From Antedon mediterranea (taxonomy: Eukaryota > Animalia > Echinodermata), in assembly GCF_964355755.1 (NCBI RefSeq), contig NC_092680.1, positions 3,348,001-3,412,000 on the forward strand: a DNA stretch of 64,000 nucleotides, read 5' to 3'. Positions 1 through 11,553 of the stretch are shown here, piece by piece. Every line of letters starts with the position of its first letter. Positions within the stretch are counted from its first letter, which is position 1. The position numbers and the translations under genes are program-made. The notes beneath the pieces were generated by a model, which worked only from the letters and a program-made list of their open reading frames with translations, did no database searches and was not told the DNA's origin.

Positions 1-539
1 CTATGCCTATAGTAATAAGAGATAATAATAGACATATATGTCAGGCCTACCTTTTATAAAACAGCAAGATTTGTGCCTCATCCTTAATTTGATGCGATTA
101 GCCAATAATACCCATTCTAGACCTGGCATCTCTGTGCTGCGTGATCGCCGATTTTGCCGCCGAGCTACACTGGCACAAAAACAAAGGGAGCCGTTTTTGG
201 CTGTTGGCTTGCAGTTTTCTGATTGGTTGTTTACGGTCTGCCGGCCTATACGACGCATGCTCCATTATTTTCAAAAAGTTGTGCAGTATTTCTTATTTCT
301 TTACTCGATTTTATTTGATTTAATTTAAATAATTGTTTGTTGCAATAATATAGGATTACAAATAATAATATTAATTATATTTTGAATGGTAATTCGGACC
401 ATGCTTCTATTCCCGTCACCTCAACCCAGAACACCCCCCCCCCACCTCTCCCCTGGGTCCTCTCCCGTACTCCCACGACGTACACCCAGCCATCCGCTTT
501 CGCTCTTCTCCGAATTCCCTTGGTTGTTAGGAAAAAAAC

Positions 540-973
540 TAGTTGCAAAACCAATTGAAACAACCAGTTGCCTGGTTGAAAAACCGATTGGACCAGTTGA
601 CTAGTTGAACTCAGTTGAGCTTTGGGAATACCAGTTGGCCAGTTGGAAAAACCAGTTGACCTGTTGAAAAACCAGTTGACCAGTTTGAAAAACCAGTTGA
701 CCAGTTTGAAAAACCAGTTGACCAGTTGAAAAACCAGTTGACCAGTTTGAAAAACCAGTTGACCAGTTGAAAAACCAGTTGACCAGTTGAAAAACCAGTT
801 GACCAGTTGGAAAAACCAGTTGACCAGTTGGAAAAACCAGTTAGACCAGTTGAAAAACCAGTTGACCAGTTGTTAAAACCAGTTGAACCAGTTGGAAACC
901 AGTTAGACCAGTTGAAGACCAGTTGGACCAGTTGAAATTTCCAACTGTTCTCAACTGGAATTTTTACCTGGGT
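540..973. repeat. CCAGTTGA(AAAA) minisatellite, ~20-21 bp unit, probably internal to a TIR element
   Basis: Tandem CCAGTTGACCAGTTGAAAAA units, ending in an inverted copy (ctcaactggaatttttacctgggta). Confidence 0.85.
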
Positions 974-2074
974 AATTGGTTTGTATATGCAAATGCTTGA
1001 CTTGTTCTACAGCGAACGACTTGCCGATGTATTCCATGCTATATTGAAAGACACCAATCATCCTCTTCATGGCGACATTATCAGCTCCGTTTTGCATTCG
1101 CTATTATAACGTTTTGATGCAAACGTTGTTCGATTGGAACATGTATTTATACACATAAACGTTTTAGAAAAACCAAACCTAAAAACACGCAAAGTCAAAC
1201 GCTGTGTTTTCTGGGAACAAAATGGTACAGATTCATTGACAAAATTATAGTGTTTATTTGTTTTACTGATTACCTAATAATCAGTATGTGATAGATCTTA
1301 TTAAATGTAGGCCTACTACTGTCATCTTTATTAAATGTACTACTGACGTGTTATCGTTAGATAAATTATATGTTTTATTTGTAACTGGAATAAAAACTAA
1401 TTTCTTTATATACTTTTTGTATCTATAAATCCGTACAAATTATTCAATATCCACCTTAGGGAATCCACCTAATATATTAGGGAAGGATACCTAAAAATTA
1501 TATAGAAATAAAGAGCCATAATTATACTGTATTAACTTGAAAACTGAAATTAATTCTACAGCATGCAGGGCGTAGTTGTTTTCCCTTTGTTGCTGAAACA
1601 TAATGCACTAAACAAAAGAACAAAAGCAGCAGTATTTTAACACATTAAAAAAACACTCAATTAATAAATGGGACCCCTATTTTCCCATCTTTTTATAATG
1701 GTATAGTCCATACAAGTCGAGGTGGCCGAAAACGGCACCTGATCCTGTTTTTTAATTGGTATATTAAACATATAATTTCATGGTTGAAAAAATGCCTCAA
1801 AAGTCATATTATTGTAGTAGAAATTCACAAAATTTACAGCATTCATTTCGACGTGTTTAATGTCTTTTCGTATGTTAATACACTGTGCTCAAGTGGACCG
1901 AACTTGGAGCCAGTGGAGCACAGTAGTGATAAAATAGAAATAAGTCACTGAATTTTAATATGTTTTCGTATTAAGCATATTTGAATACCTACCGGTATGG
2001 TACCATACATGTTCGACAATACAGTGTCACATATCTCTATTAAAAAAAAAAGGAATATTAAAAAAAAAAAATAT

Positions 2075-2145
2075 CCGTCGAGGTTCGAACCCCAGCCGAT
2101 AGCACTCAAAACTGAGCATTAGGCTACTCGTTGCACCACAAACTG
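2075..2145 (-). pseudogene. tRNA-like / SINE head on minus strand followed by a T-run
   Basis: Minus strand shows A-box-like TGGTGCAACGAG and B box GGTTCGAACC, then a long T-run (A-run at about 2060-2071 on +). Confidence 0.5.
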
Positions 2146-2243
2146 AAACATGACTGAACAGCTGATAATAGTCTATTTATACGTGTATTATGTCATTCAT
2201 CATTACGTCATTAATATCCTATTAACCTTGCTAAAACCAAAAT

Positions 2244-2483
2244 GATCAGTTAGCTCAGTCGTCTGAGCGTCGTGTTAACACACGTATGTCGTGGGTTCGA
2301 TTTCCACGCTGGTCGGTAGAATAGAGTAAAGGCTATGCGAGCCACTGTGTTTGGGGTTCGCAGATCATACGTCCCACTTTCCACCACACATCATGAGGCG
2401 ACAACATCAATGCATCTGGTGATGTGGTGGAAACGACCCCAAAAGGCTGTGGAGGCAGGGAGAGCACATTCATCTTTTTTTTT
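2244..2483 (+). mobile_element. tRNA(Ile)-derived SINE: near-intact cloverleaf head 2244-2315 plus structured body ending in a T-run
   Basis: Acceptor stem gatcagt/gctggtc, D stem gctc/gagc and T arm gtggg-ttcgatt-tccac are present. The 6-nt anticodon loop and the D-loop lacking GG indicate it is not a functional tRNA. Body ends in T10. Confidence 0.65.
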
Positions 2484-2799
2484 AAATTCTATTCGTTACG
2501 TGTTTAGAAGAGAATTAATTTTATCTCATCGTAGTTTGGTATGCCGTACGTTTGTTATGCAAATGAGTGTGCACAAACGGAGTTTATTTACATGAAAAGA
2601 AAGAGATAAATTTGAATCAATGTGAATGCCAAGATTTTCTGTTTGTCAGTTTGTGATATGTGTAGAGAATGCTCCAGTCGTCAGAATGACGCTCTGAATA
2701 TACCTCAATTTTGGATATAGGCAGGGTGGTGCCGACTATACTTGCATGGCGTCCTGCATGTCATCTCAGGATCTTCGTAGTTTGATCGAGGTTGAAAAA

Positions 2800-2948
2800 A
2801 CTCTGACCAATCAAAGTGCAGGAAAGAGAGCAGCAGCAGACAGACATTGTTTATAATAATAAATGGTGACTGCCATTGTAGGTTTTTGATTCGTACCCCG
2901 GGAAAACAACCTGTTCATGTAGCTTCTACGACATATTCATTTGGAAAT
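2800..2948 (+). promoter_or_regulatory. Putative SCAPER promoter/5'UTR with CCAAT box
   Basis: GACCAATCA at about 2805-2813, roughly 140 bp upstream of the putative start ATG, in a locally GC-richer region. TSS not determinable. Confidence 0.4.
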
Positions 2949-3053
2949 ATGAGTGAAAACAGAAGACGAAGGGTTAGCTCAGGATCAAAGCAACGTAGTA
3001 ATGGAAATGAAAGAGCCGATCCCTCTGGAGTATCCAGAAACTCTCACACAAAG
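2949..3053 (+). CDS. SCAPER: SCAPER exon 1 (putative start, MSENRRRRVSSGSKQ...SHTK)
   Basis: ATG followed by 35 codons ending at an AAG|GTAGGC donor in phase 0, compatible with exon 2. No homology support for this peptide. Confidence 0.65.
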
Positions 3054-3819
3054 GTAGGCCTAACTGTTTTGGAAACGAGCGCCCAATCGATAATGTTTAT
3101 GCTTACCGCCGCCGTTTGGAAGTTGCCATCCGGTGCAGCAGTGGGATGGTCGGATGGTCATAGGGTAGCCTAGGCGAGCCTGTGTGGTGTGTGGTATTTG
3201 TATAGTACTTTGACTATTTAGGCTTGTTATATTCAGGCTTATCATATTCACATATAGAGTAGTCTGAAGTTGTAGCTTGTTGGTGGCTACAAGTACAACA
3301 ATAAACAAGCTTGAGTTCAATTTATTTACCTTCTTTAAAATCTTTAATTTTAATTTCATTCAGTCAATCATAATGAATAATATAATATATTTAAATGAAA
3401 TTGTTGTAGGGCTACTCCTAGTTGACGTTGCTTGACATTACTTATTTAGGCCTACTACTAGACTTAGGCTATACTTGGCCTGAGCTATTCTATTACATCT
3501 GGATTTGAAATACTTGCTTACCTTACAAAGAGACACGAAAATGCAGTAATAGTGCCACCAGTACCAAGGGCAAGGATAGGGATACAGTACCGTTTATTTT
3601 TCTGCTGGCTACAGTATTTATTGAGGTCGATTCTGTACTTCCCTTAATAATTCCATGTTTATTATTTTAAAAAAGAATTTCCATATAACACGGTCTTGGA
3701 TACAAATCCCTGTTCAGTGCAGCTTAAATGAAGCTATACTGGAATTGGGTTGCAGGTGAATCTGATATAAACAGCAGGCCCCCATAACTTTTTTAACATC
3801 AAAAGGGGCTGAATTTGAA

Positions 3820-4550
3820 CCAGATCACTGGGGTAACCTCCTACTCTTCATGAAAGATACCCTGAGTTCTTTAGAGTGCCCACAAGCGATATATGTACAC
3901 TGGACCTCCGTTTTTAGGTTGTTATCTGAGAAAGCTTGTTCTACCACCACAACTAATAGAAAGGTTTCGCAATCTTACGTATACGATAACGAAAATGGAT
4001 ACGTCACGCATACGTATTCGTTTTTCGTAAGCCAGTAAAAATCTGTTTCGCATGGCAACGAAATATTGAGGCGCATCCAAAATATGACTGCGGTAAATTT
4101 GAGCGAAGCGCAGGTACGTGTTGCTTATTGCTTGGCTGCCTAGGCCTAGCGTAACATCAAAGCGAGTGAGGACTTTAAAAACTGCTATTTATCAAAATTG
4201 ACTTGGCATTTTAGTAAATTACTTTAGTAAATTACTTTCAATAAATCTATAATTATATTATAATCATGAATCATTCCTGATTCAAATGCAAAATGTGCAA
4301 AAATAGATCAAAAACTATACTCGTTTTGTAGTTACGAATATGACTGGTGATATTCGTCAACACAAATACGCTTTACGAATATGAAATGGGGATCAGCTCA
4401 AAAGTTTCACAAATTTTTGACGTATCCGTTATCGTATTCGTAAGGTTGTGAAACCTCCCTACTGTAGAACAATGGTCGAGGAGAGATTGTACCATTATTA
4501 TTTTTGGTTTCGGGTGCCCCTGCCTTAACTGCTCAGCCACTCGACTTGAC
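3820..4550 (-). mobile_element. Deu/Nin-domain-like tRNA SINE (minus), split by a TIR element at 3957-4461
   Basis: The reverse complements of 3820-3956 and 4462-4550 match the SINE at 25491-25745 (gttaaggcagggg head; gcactYtaaagaac...ggttacccc core). Confidence 0.65.
3957..4461. mobile_element. Non-autonomous DNA transposon (MITE) with imperfect TIRs
   Basis: Left end tagaaaggtttcgcaatcttacgtatacgataacg is the imperfect reverse complement of the right end cgttatcgtattcgtaaggttgtgaaacctcccta. Confidence 0.75.
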
Positions 4551-5081
4551 CCAAGACCAACTAATGTTAAATACTCAATCCTTGATCACCTTGTGTGTGA
4601 CACACAAGGGGATCAAAGGCTCTAAAAATTGTGTAAAAAATCAACAATGCAAAGTAAACATTCGTGTAACTTGTGATTGTCAAAGATCATCTTTTTTCTT
4701 ATTCTTCTTTCTGTAATTTTTGTATCTCGCGTATCCCTAAAACTTGCAAAAATAACATTTCGTAACTTTCTCAACATATCGTCATTCAAGTTTTGCAACA
4801 TTTTGATGACGTTTAAAATTGCCCAACGTGACTTATGCACGATTTTATGAATTTTGCGTATTTAACTTAGGTTGAAAAACAAATACAATTTTTAATTGAA
4901 ACTTGTGTGTAAATATCATAATGTGCTAACTTTCTGTTGAAAAAAAAGGCATGTTCCACAGAAAGTTACACGAAAGTAACAATCATGAAAAATTTTGGCT
5001 CGTGAAGTGACCGACCCAAAGTTTATCATAAGCAATTTTAATTCTTTAATTGGTGAAGAATGACACAATTCACAGTATTAC

Positions 5082-6708
5082 CATGGATTAAAGAATAGAA
5101 GGATATGCATCGACGTGAGATCAAGGGTTCCTTGACTCTCGCCGACAGAACGCGGACCGCCCACAATGTTACAGTTTAATTAACCGCATGGTAACAACGA
5201 AACGGTCGAGTGCCTAATATATTGTTTACTGCACATGTGCAACGACATTTAACCTTGTTGACTACGCTTCTTTCGCGCGTTCTTTGTTGCACTGTATGTA
5301 TTCATACATATTTGAACAGTATAATCAGTGGCGTAACGGCTATGTGCGCTCACTGGCTAAACCGAAGCTTGGGGCCCATGAGCAGTGCCCAGAGGAACGG
5401 GCATAAAATATGTCGAAAATGCTAAAAACGTCCGAGGCCTCGATCTTTGAAACTTGGAGGGCCACTTTAAGGTTTCCTAAACAAGTGGCTTCAGGCCTCT
5501 GCCTCACGCCACTAGTTATTAAATTACATTGTATGTTATTGTGAAGACCCTATAGTGTAGGCCTACTTCATCAATATACCAGATAAAAACAATACTATAT
5601 TGTTATTGGCTTAGAATTGTAGATGCTATAATTGTAATTAGTATAGGTTTCTGCCGCGATTGATCTACGCTAATGTTTTTATGACATTAAAGTAGCATTT
5701 TATGACCTGTAGGCCTAGTAGACCTACATCTGAGACAATAACTATTTATTTGTTGTCTCAGCCTACATACATGTAAAATTACAAAATCAGCAAGGATACT
5801 AGGCCTAGGCCTTCTAGGCTTACTAGTAAACCATATGATTTGCCGACATTGATACTGACTAGGTAGGCCTAGGCTAATCTTAGTAGATACAACGTGTAAT
5901 CATGATCTATATACTCGCCGTTGTCTTACTTCTTGTGTGAATAATAATAGGTACTTCGTTTGTTCGTGATTAAGTTTGCCCTGCGTGTACTTTTCAAAAC
6001 GACCGCTAGGTAACGAATCGCAACTATACATAGCCAGCCAATCCCGGATCAGGGATCGCTGTTTTCATTCAATTAGACCAGGTGATTGGATGTGATGTGG
6101 ATGACATAACCACTAGCCAATCACCAGGCACTACAATTTAAATATAATCACACCGATAATTAAGGAGATTTATGAAGAAACCACTGCTTAGCCATATATT
6201 AAAAACACGATTTTTGTATGGGTGAAAACCGGCCACGCTAACAACATACATGGTGAAATGCATAATTTAATATTCTATAGATTAACGCAATTTTTAATGA
6301 CAGAAGATGGCATGCAAATAATGATAATTCAAATATAAAAATTGCATATTTTATTAATATTACCAACTACTTAAAATTACCAGTCGTAAGAAAGTGAACT
6401 TTTCGTAGTCCGATTGTGATGAAACTAAAACAGAATTATTCAGCAATATATTGTTGTTGTCAATTAATCATCGACGCAGACATGTCAATAGAACATTCAG
6501 ACTGCGCATACGATTTCTACATGGTTACATTTTGGTCTCAAAAAATGTAACAGTTGATTCGCAGCGTTTGACAGAGGGCCGCGGTTAGAGACACGGAGTT
6601 CAATGAGCGTGTTTGTTTGATTGGCAGCAGTGCTTTAGTATAGGCAAGCGCGTTGTAAAATCGTTTGATGTCACCGTCGATGCATATCCTTCTATTCTTT
6701 AATCCATG
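5082..6708. mobile_element. Non-autonomous P-superfamily-like DNA transposon (1627 bp)
   Basis: Perfect 34-bp TIR CATGGATTAAAGAATAGAAGGATATGCATCGACG (5082-5115 / 6675-6708) and 7-bp TSD GTATTAC (5075-5081 / 6709-6715). CANRG termini with a 7-8 bp TSD are typical of P elements. No transposase ORF. Confidence 0.85.
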
Positions 6709-7942
6709 GTATTACTAAGTACTCAGCTGTATAGGTATTTTCTTAATTGACCAATGACATCAGGGCTATTTTTAGAATTGGTCATAAATATTCATGAAAA
6801 GGTCAGAGTAAATCTAGCAATGATGTAATCAAAATGTAATGTTACACTAGGTACAATATTATTTCATTTAAATAATTCATAATTTTTATAATTATAGGAT
6901 TTTGCTAAATATGTTACAACAGTTGAAAATTAAATTATCAGAGGGATACAAATTTGCTTTATTTTAAACTTGAGAAAGGTTTTAGTGGTTGTAAGAAAAT
7001 AACTGGCAGTAAATTAATTTAATTAATTTTATACTTTAATCTTTTAATCTGTATTTTAATCTATAGTTTAGGAATATCCTCTCTCTCCATTCAACCATCA
7101 CATTTTCACAATACTATGGATACAAGGATTGAAATAATATGCAAATTTGGCAGTTAACAAAAACATCAAGTTGAATGAATAAGTTTAAATATAATACGCT
7201 GAATCTGTGTGTCATGTCATTTCCTACTTCATGGGCCTTTAGCAATGATTGGACCTCTACTAATGTTATTCCTGATTTAGCGTGCTTAGCTAAGTGACTG
7301 ACCTCTATACTATGTAGATGATCCATTTACTACAGCTGTAATATCTTCAAAACATTGAATACTACGTACTACAAGTAGTCAACAATACTCACTGTACACA
7401 CAGGGCTATGAGCAGCCTGAGTTGTACTCAAACAGGGTAACAATAGTGCAGAATGGTAGGTGATCAACTGTATCTTTAGCCTTTTGAATCTAGGCATTTG
7501 AAATTGTATGCTATAGATTTTAGATCATTAAAATTAGTAGCTATGCATGTCTTGATGTGATTAATGTCAGTGGATATGCTGTAGAATGCTGCTGCCTGTG
7601 ACGCAGTGTGTATTTCACAGTATGTTTGTTTATATTGTGACATGAAATATTCAGTGTACTTAAACCATGAATATTATTATGAAAAATACTAGAATTGTAT
7701 GGTTTTATTTTTGTACAATATGGATAGTGTTCAATTGTAAATTTATATACAAGTATATTATTATTAGTATTATTACTGTGTATATATAAAATTAATTTGT
7801 TGACATTGACATTGGTTTAAAATTTCAACCTATTCTTTCATTCAGTAAAAGTTTTGTAATATACCTTAAATCTTTTGATTTCCATGTACAGTATTACTAA
7901 CACAATTCCTAATTTTTTAATACACCATGCAAATACAGTACA

Positions 7943-8290
7943 GATATATTGTCGCTGTAAAAAAATTTTTTTTACAATTTTTTTGTTGGATATGTTATTT
8001 TAATGTCACATAATAGTTATTCACTCTCACAAAAAATTGGGTCTGGAAAAATTTTATTTACCTGAGAAAAATGTAATTTAAAGCAAAAAATGGTCAAATT
8101 GTCTGGAAGACAATGAGTTTTTGGGTAATTTAACTGTTTATTTTGTCTTTTTATAGGTGAAATAATTTTTTCCCCCCGTTTTTTTTCTTATGGAAGTGAA
8201 CAACTTCATTAAAACTGCAAAATGGCCTATTCAAAGTCTGATTTTAAAAATCTTTATTTTTCATGATTTTGGGAGACAATACATCTTTAA
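7943..8290. mobile_element. Kolobok-like TTAA MITE copy
   Basis: Ends agatatattgtc... and ...gagacaatacatctTTAA; same family as 62850-63211. Confidence 0.7.
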
Positions 8291-8716
8291 CAATACAGAT
8301 AGGAATGTATTTTTTACCTAGAAATATGCCTACACACAGGGGTGTCAGATTCATATTCTAGAAGAATACAAATTGTAACGTTCACTAAAAAATCCATTCA
8401 TTCCTGTCGTCCATTAAAAAAAAAAAAATTATTTTTTTTTTAAAATTTAAATAATTATTACAATTCAAGGGTATTAATTTTGTACTGACATTAATTTTTT
8501 CACAATTTTTTTGACAGGTGATAGTATATAGTTAATTATTAATTATATATTATTAATATTTATTGTTTTACGTTTCAATAGACAATTAATAAGTAACTAT
8601 ACTATTTAGACTTATTTCAAGGTTAATCAATTATTAGAGAAAATTATTAATAAAATAGGACCCTCAGTATTTACCAAGACAAGTTTCTACTTTTGATATC
8701 AAGGACTCTATCATAG

Positions 8717-8829
8717 AACTAGTTTGACAAAAAAAAGTGTTATTTGCCCAAATATGGTAGTGATATGACATCATCATCATGGCACATCACATTTTTTGTC
8801 ACATAATGTTTGATAGTGTAGACAGAGCT
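8717..8829. mobile_element. Harbinger-like MITE family A, partial copy
   Basis: Ends ...tttgatagtgtagacagagct-TTA, the family TIR. Confidence 0.8.
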
Positions 8830-10406
8830 TTACAATAAATGTTCTTACCAAGTGGAGGGACATACATATTTTTACTGTTGACAACCATGTTTCCTTAACA
8901 CTAATAATCGTATAGTAGTTGAAGACTTAATAGAGTCCTAAATTGGAGGGAGACCTTTATTTTTAAAATTAAAAATCCCAACAATACAACCAATTTACTG
9001 GATACTACAGCATGATTGAAAGTTTATTTCCATAGTAACTAACCACAGGAAACTATTTAAAATTATTTAACCAATTACAAATTATATAGCAGATTAAATG
9101 CAAACATATAAAATCTGCTGTACAATTTTTGTGCAATTTTCATGTGATGATATTGTTTTCAGTACATTGTATATAGATACTTTGATGGTCTGGTGTGAAC
9201 CAATAATATTTCTTGAATCTGGGAAACCCCTTATCGACTATAATGATAATTGTGATTAAAATGATAATTAAAGTTTCAGAGTTTTAAAATAAAAATTAAT
9301 TATTATAATTATTTGTAATTATTTGATAAATTATATATAAAAACATTTGTTATAATACAAATCATTACCCTTTTATTATATAAAAAAAATCCAATATATT
9401 ACTAATGGGCATGAGTCTGACAATATTGTATAGTATTTAAAAAAAATTAAAGTGTTTTTTTAAATAAGTGTCTACTCGCATATTCTAATTTAAGTACATC
9501 AATTAATGGCAAATTGAAAATTGTGAATTCTAATTAGCATAAGACTTCCCATTTCCAGCAGTGCATGGTATAATATTGATGACACTTTTAGTGAGTGTTC
9601 TCCGTTCATGCAATTCTAACATGCAGTCAGCTACAGACGGTTGTACATATAATAGCATTTTTTACAAATTACATGCTTAGGGATTCACCATTACATCTGA
9701 TTAACCTGCGATTGTTACGTTAGGCCAAGGTTAATCCGCTGTAGCCTCCAAAAACACAGACAGATTGTCACACCTTTATCGTTAGATGTTGCCCAACGAT
9801 GATGAGTAAGAAATATTAATTGCCTAGACAGTATTCGAGAGGCAGGGATCACTTCCTTTGAGATTCATTCATCTTGGAGAATACTGAAAAACAAGCATGG
9901 GGCCCTCAGTAGGACGTAGGCGTAAGGTATGGTCTAGAGTTAATTGAGCTTGCAAAAGTTCCATTGTATGTAGATGTTTATTATTTTTATCCTATTGTAA
10001 ATGATCAAGAAATTAGTTATTTAAATCAATTATTGTATGACCTCTCTGAATATTTCAGGCCATTGTTCTATTAAATTTATGATTCTTTCATATAAAATTT
10101 TATGGACTAAATATATAAGGTGGACAAAATATCTTTATTATAATACAGTATACATGGATACCTTTTATTATGAATTTTTACCCTTTGGCCTAGATTAAAT
10201 TACAGTATGTATCATAGTAATATTGAATTGGTAAATTAAATTAAAATTAAACTTAAAATTAAACTGGTTTGATCTATATTAAAAAAAAAAAATTTGAACA
10301 AATGATGTGCGGGAAAATTTCCTGAACTATTAACCAGGTTTCATCAACTAGCGTGCCTGTTCCCAACCAGGCATCCATTGATAGAAGTACGGATGAAGAA
10401 GACTCA

Positions 10407-10482
10407 AGCTCTGTCTACACTATCAAACTTTATGTGAAAAAAATGTGTGATGTGCCCATATATGGACATGATGATGTCACAT
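10407..10482. mobile_element. Harbinger-like MITE family A, half copy just upstream of the exon 2 acceptor
   Basis: agctctgtctacactatcaaact...gtgcccatatatggacatgatgatgtca. Confidence 0.8.
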
Positions 10483-10505
10483 CTCTTTGTTGTATATTTT
10501 TGCAG

Positions 10506-10635
10506 AGTGCATACCAACGTTCCACAAGCTATGATAAGGTGCGACGCCTAGTGAAAGAAGAAGGGCGCAATGCACGTAACTTGGTACAGTGGAGTGTACC
10601 AGTAGAGGACAGTGATGATAGTGATACTGCTGCTA
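10506..10635 (+). CDS. SCAPER: SCAPER exon 2
   Basis: ttgcag| SAYQRSTSYDKVRRLVKEEGRNARNLVQWSVPVEDSDDSDTAA |gtaagt; matches the SCAPER N-terminus (SFQRSNSHDKVRRIVAEEGRTARNLIAWSVP). Confidence 0.95.
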
Positions 10636-10904
10636 GTAAGTCTTCAGTGCTTATTATTCAGCCTAGCTGCTGTATGGCAGTAAGCCAGCTTACTGTTGCT
10701 TTATATTTAGGTAGAGAAGTCCAGATAAGCTTGGGGGTGGGAGGGCTAAAAAAAAAACCAAAAACTTACAAATGGAGAAAAAAAAAATAAAACAATACTT
10801 GCAGGACTTATTATATTTTTTTTTTATTCAAATCTATACAGATTTGAATATCAATTTAAACCTATTTACTGTGTACTTAAAAAAAATATATACATTTTTT
10901 ACAG

Positions 10905-11158
10905 CAAAATTAGCTCCCCGTAGAAAACAGAAGGCGAGAACATCAATCCTAAAAGCGAGGAAAAGTCCTAGAGACAGCTCCACTGAAGAGAAGCGAAGCT
11001 CTAGTACGGAGGGACGGCTTCAAGATAAAACCGAAAAGAAAGCCAAGAAAATTGATCTAAGAGCTCGCTATTGGGCGTTTCTGTTCGATAATTTACAGAG
11101 AGCTGTAGATGAAGTATACCATACCTGTGAAGTAGATGAGAGTATTGTTGAATGTAAG
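10905..11158 (+). CDS. SCAPER: SCAPER exon 3 (SCAPER N-terminal domain)
   Basis: tttacag| ...KIDLRARYWAFLFDNLQRAVDEVYHTCEVDESIVECK |gttagt; phase 1 to 0. Confidence 0.96.
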
Positions 11159-11553
11159 GTTAGTATATTGTGATGAAATGGAGGAACACAAATATGGAAT
11201 GAAGTTCACCTTCCTAGTCCCAAGTCCTGTGTTATTGGTATTGTTGAATGTAAGGTTAGTATATTGTGATGAAATGGAGGAACACAAATATGGAATGGAG
11301 CTCACCTTCCTACAGTAGTCCCAAGTACTGTGTTATTGGTATTGTTGAATGTAAGGTTAGTATATTGTGATGAGAACAGTTATAATGGAGGAACACAAAT
11401 ATGGAATGGAGCTCACCTTCCTACAGTAGTCCCAAGTACTGTGTTATTGGTATTGTTGAATGTAAGGTTAGTATATTGTGATGAGAACAGTTATATGGAG
11501 GAACACAAATATGGAATGGAGCTCACCTTCCTTGTCCCAAGTGCTGTGTTATT
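11142..11553 (+). repeat. 4-copy ~96-111 bp minisatellite that includes the exon 3 splice donor
   Basis: Units start at 11142, 11238, 11339 and 11450, each with gtattgttgaatgtaag|gttagtatattgtgatga. Confidence 0.92.

Noticed and set aside
7-604. Short ORFs at the window start
   Set aside because: No recognisable domains; they overlap low-complexity or TE-like sequence.
540-960. Regular repeats resembling a CRISPR array
   Set aside because: No unique spacers, eukaryotic context, no cas genes; a simple minisatellite.
1000-1100. Rex/Babar-like LINE remnant (ILKDTNHPLH)
   Set aside because: Only a ten-residue motif, too short to support a call.
2244-2315. Functional tRNA gene
   Set aside because: 6-nt anticodon loop, D-loop lacks GG, and it continues into a SINE-like body.
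5326-5514. Nested hAT-like MITE as a separate feature
   Set aside because: Only about 9 bp of TIR and no matching 8-bp TSD; mentioned only as possible cargo.
9798-9890. C/D box snoRNA (ATGATGA...CTGA)
   Set aside because: No terminal stem and no recognisable rRNA-complementary guide.
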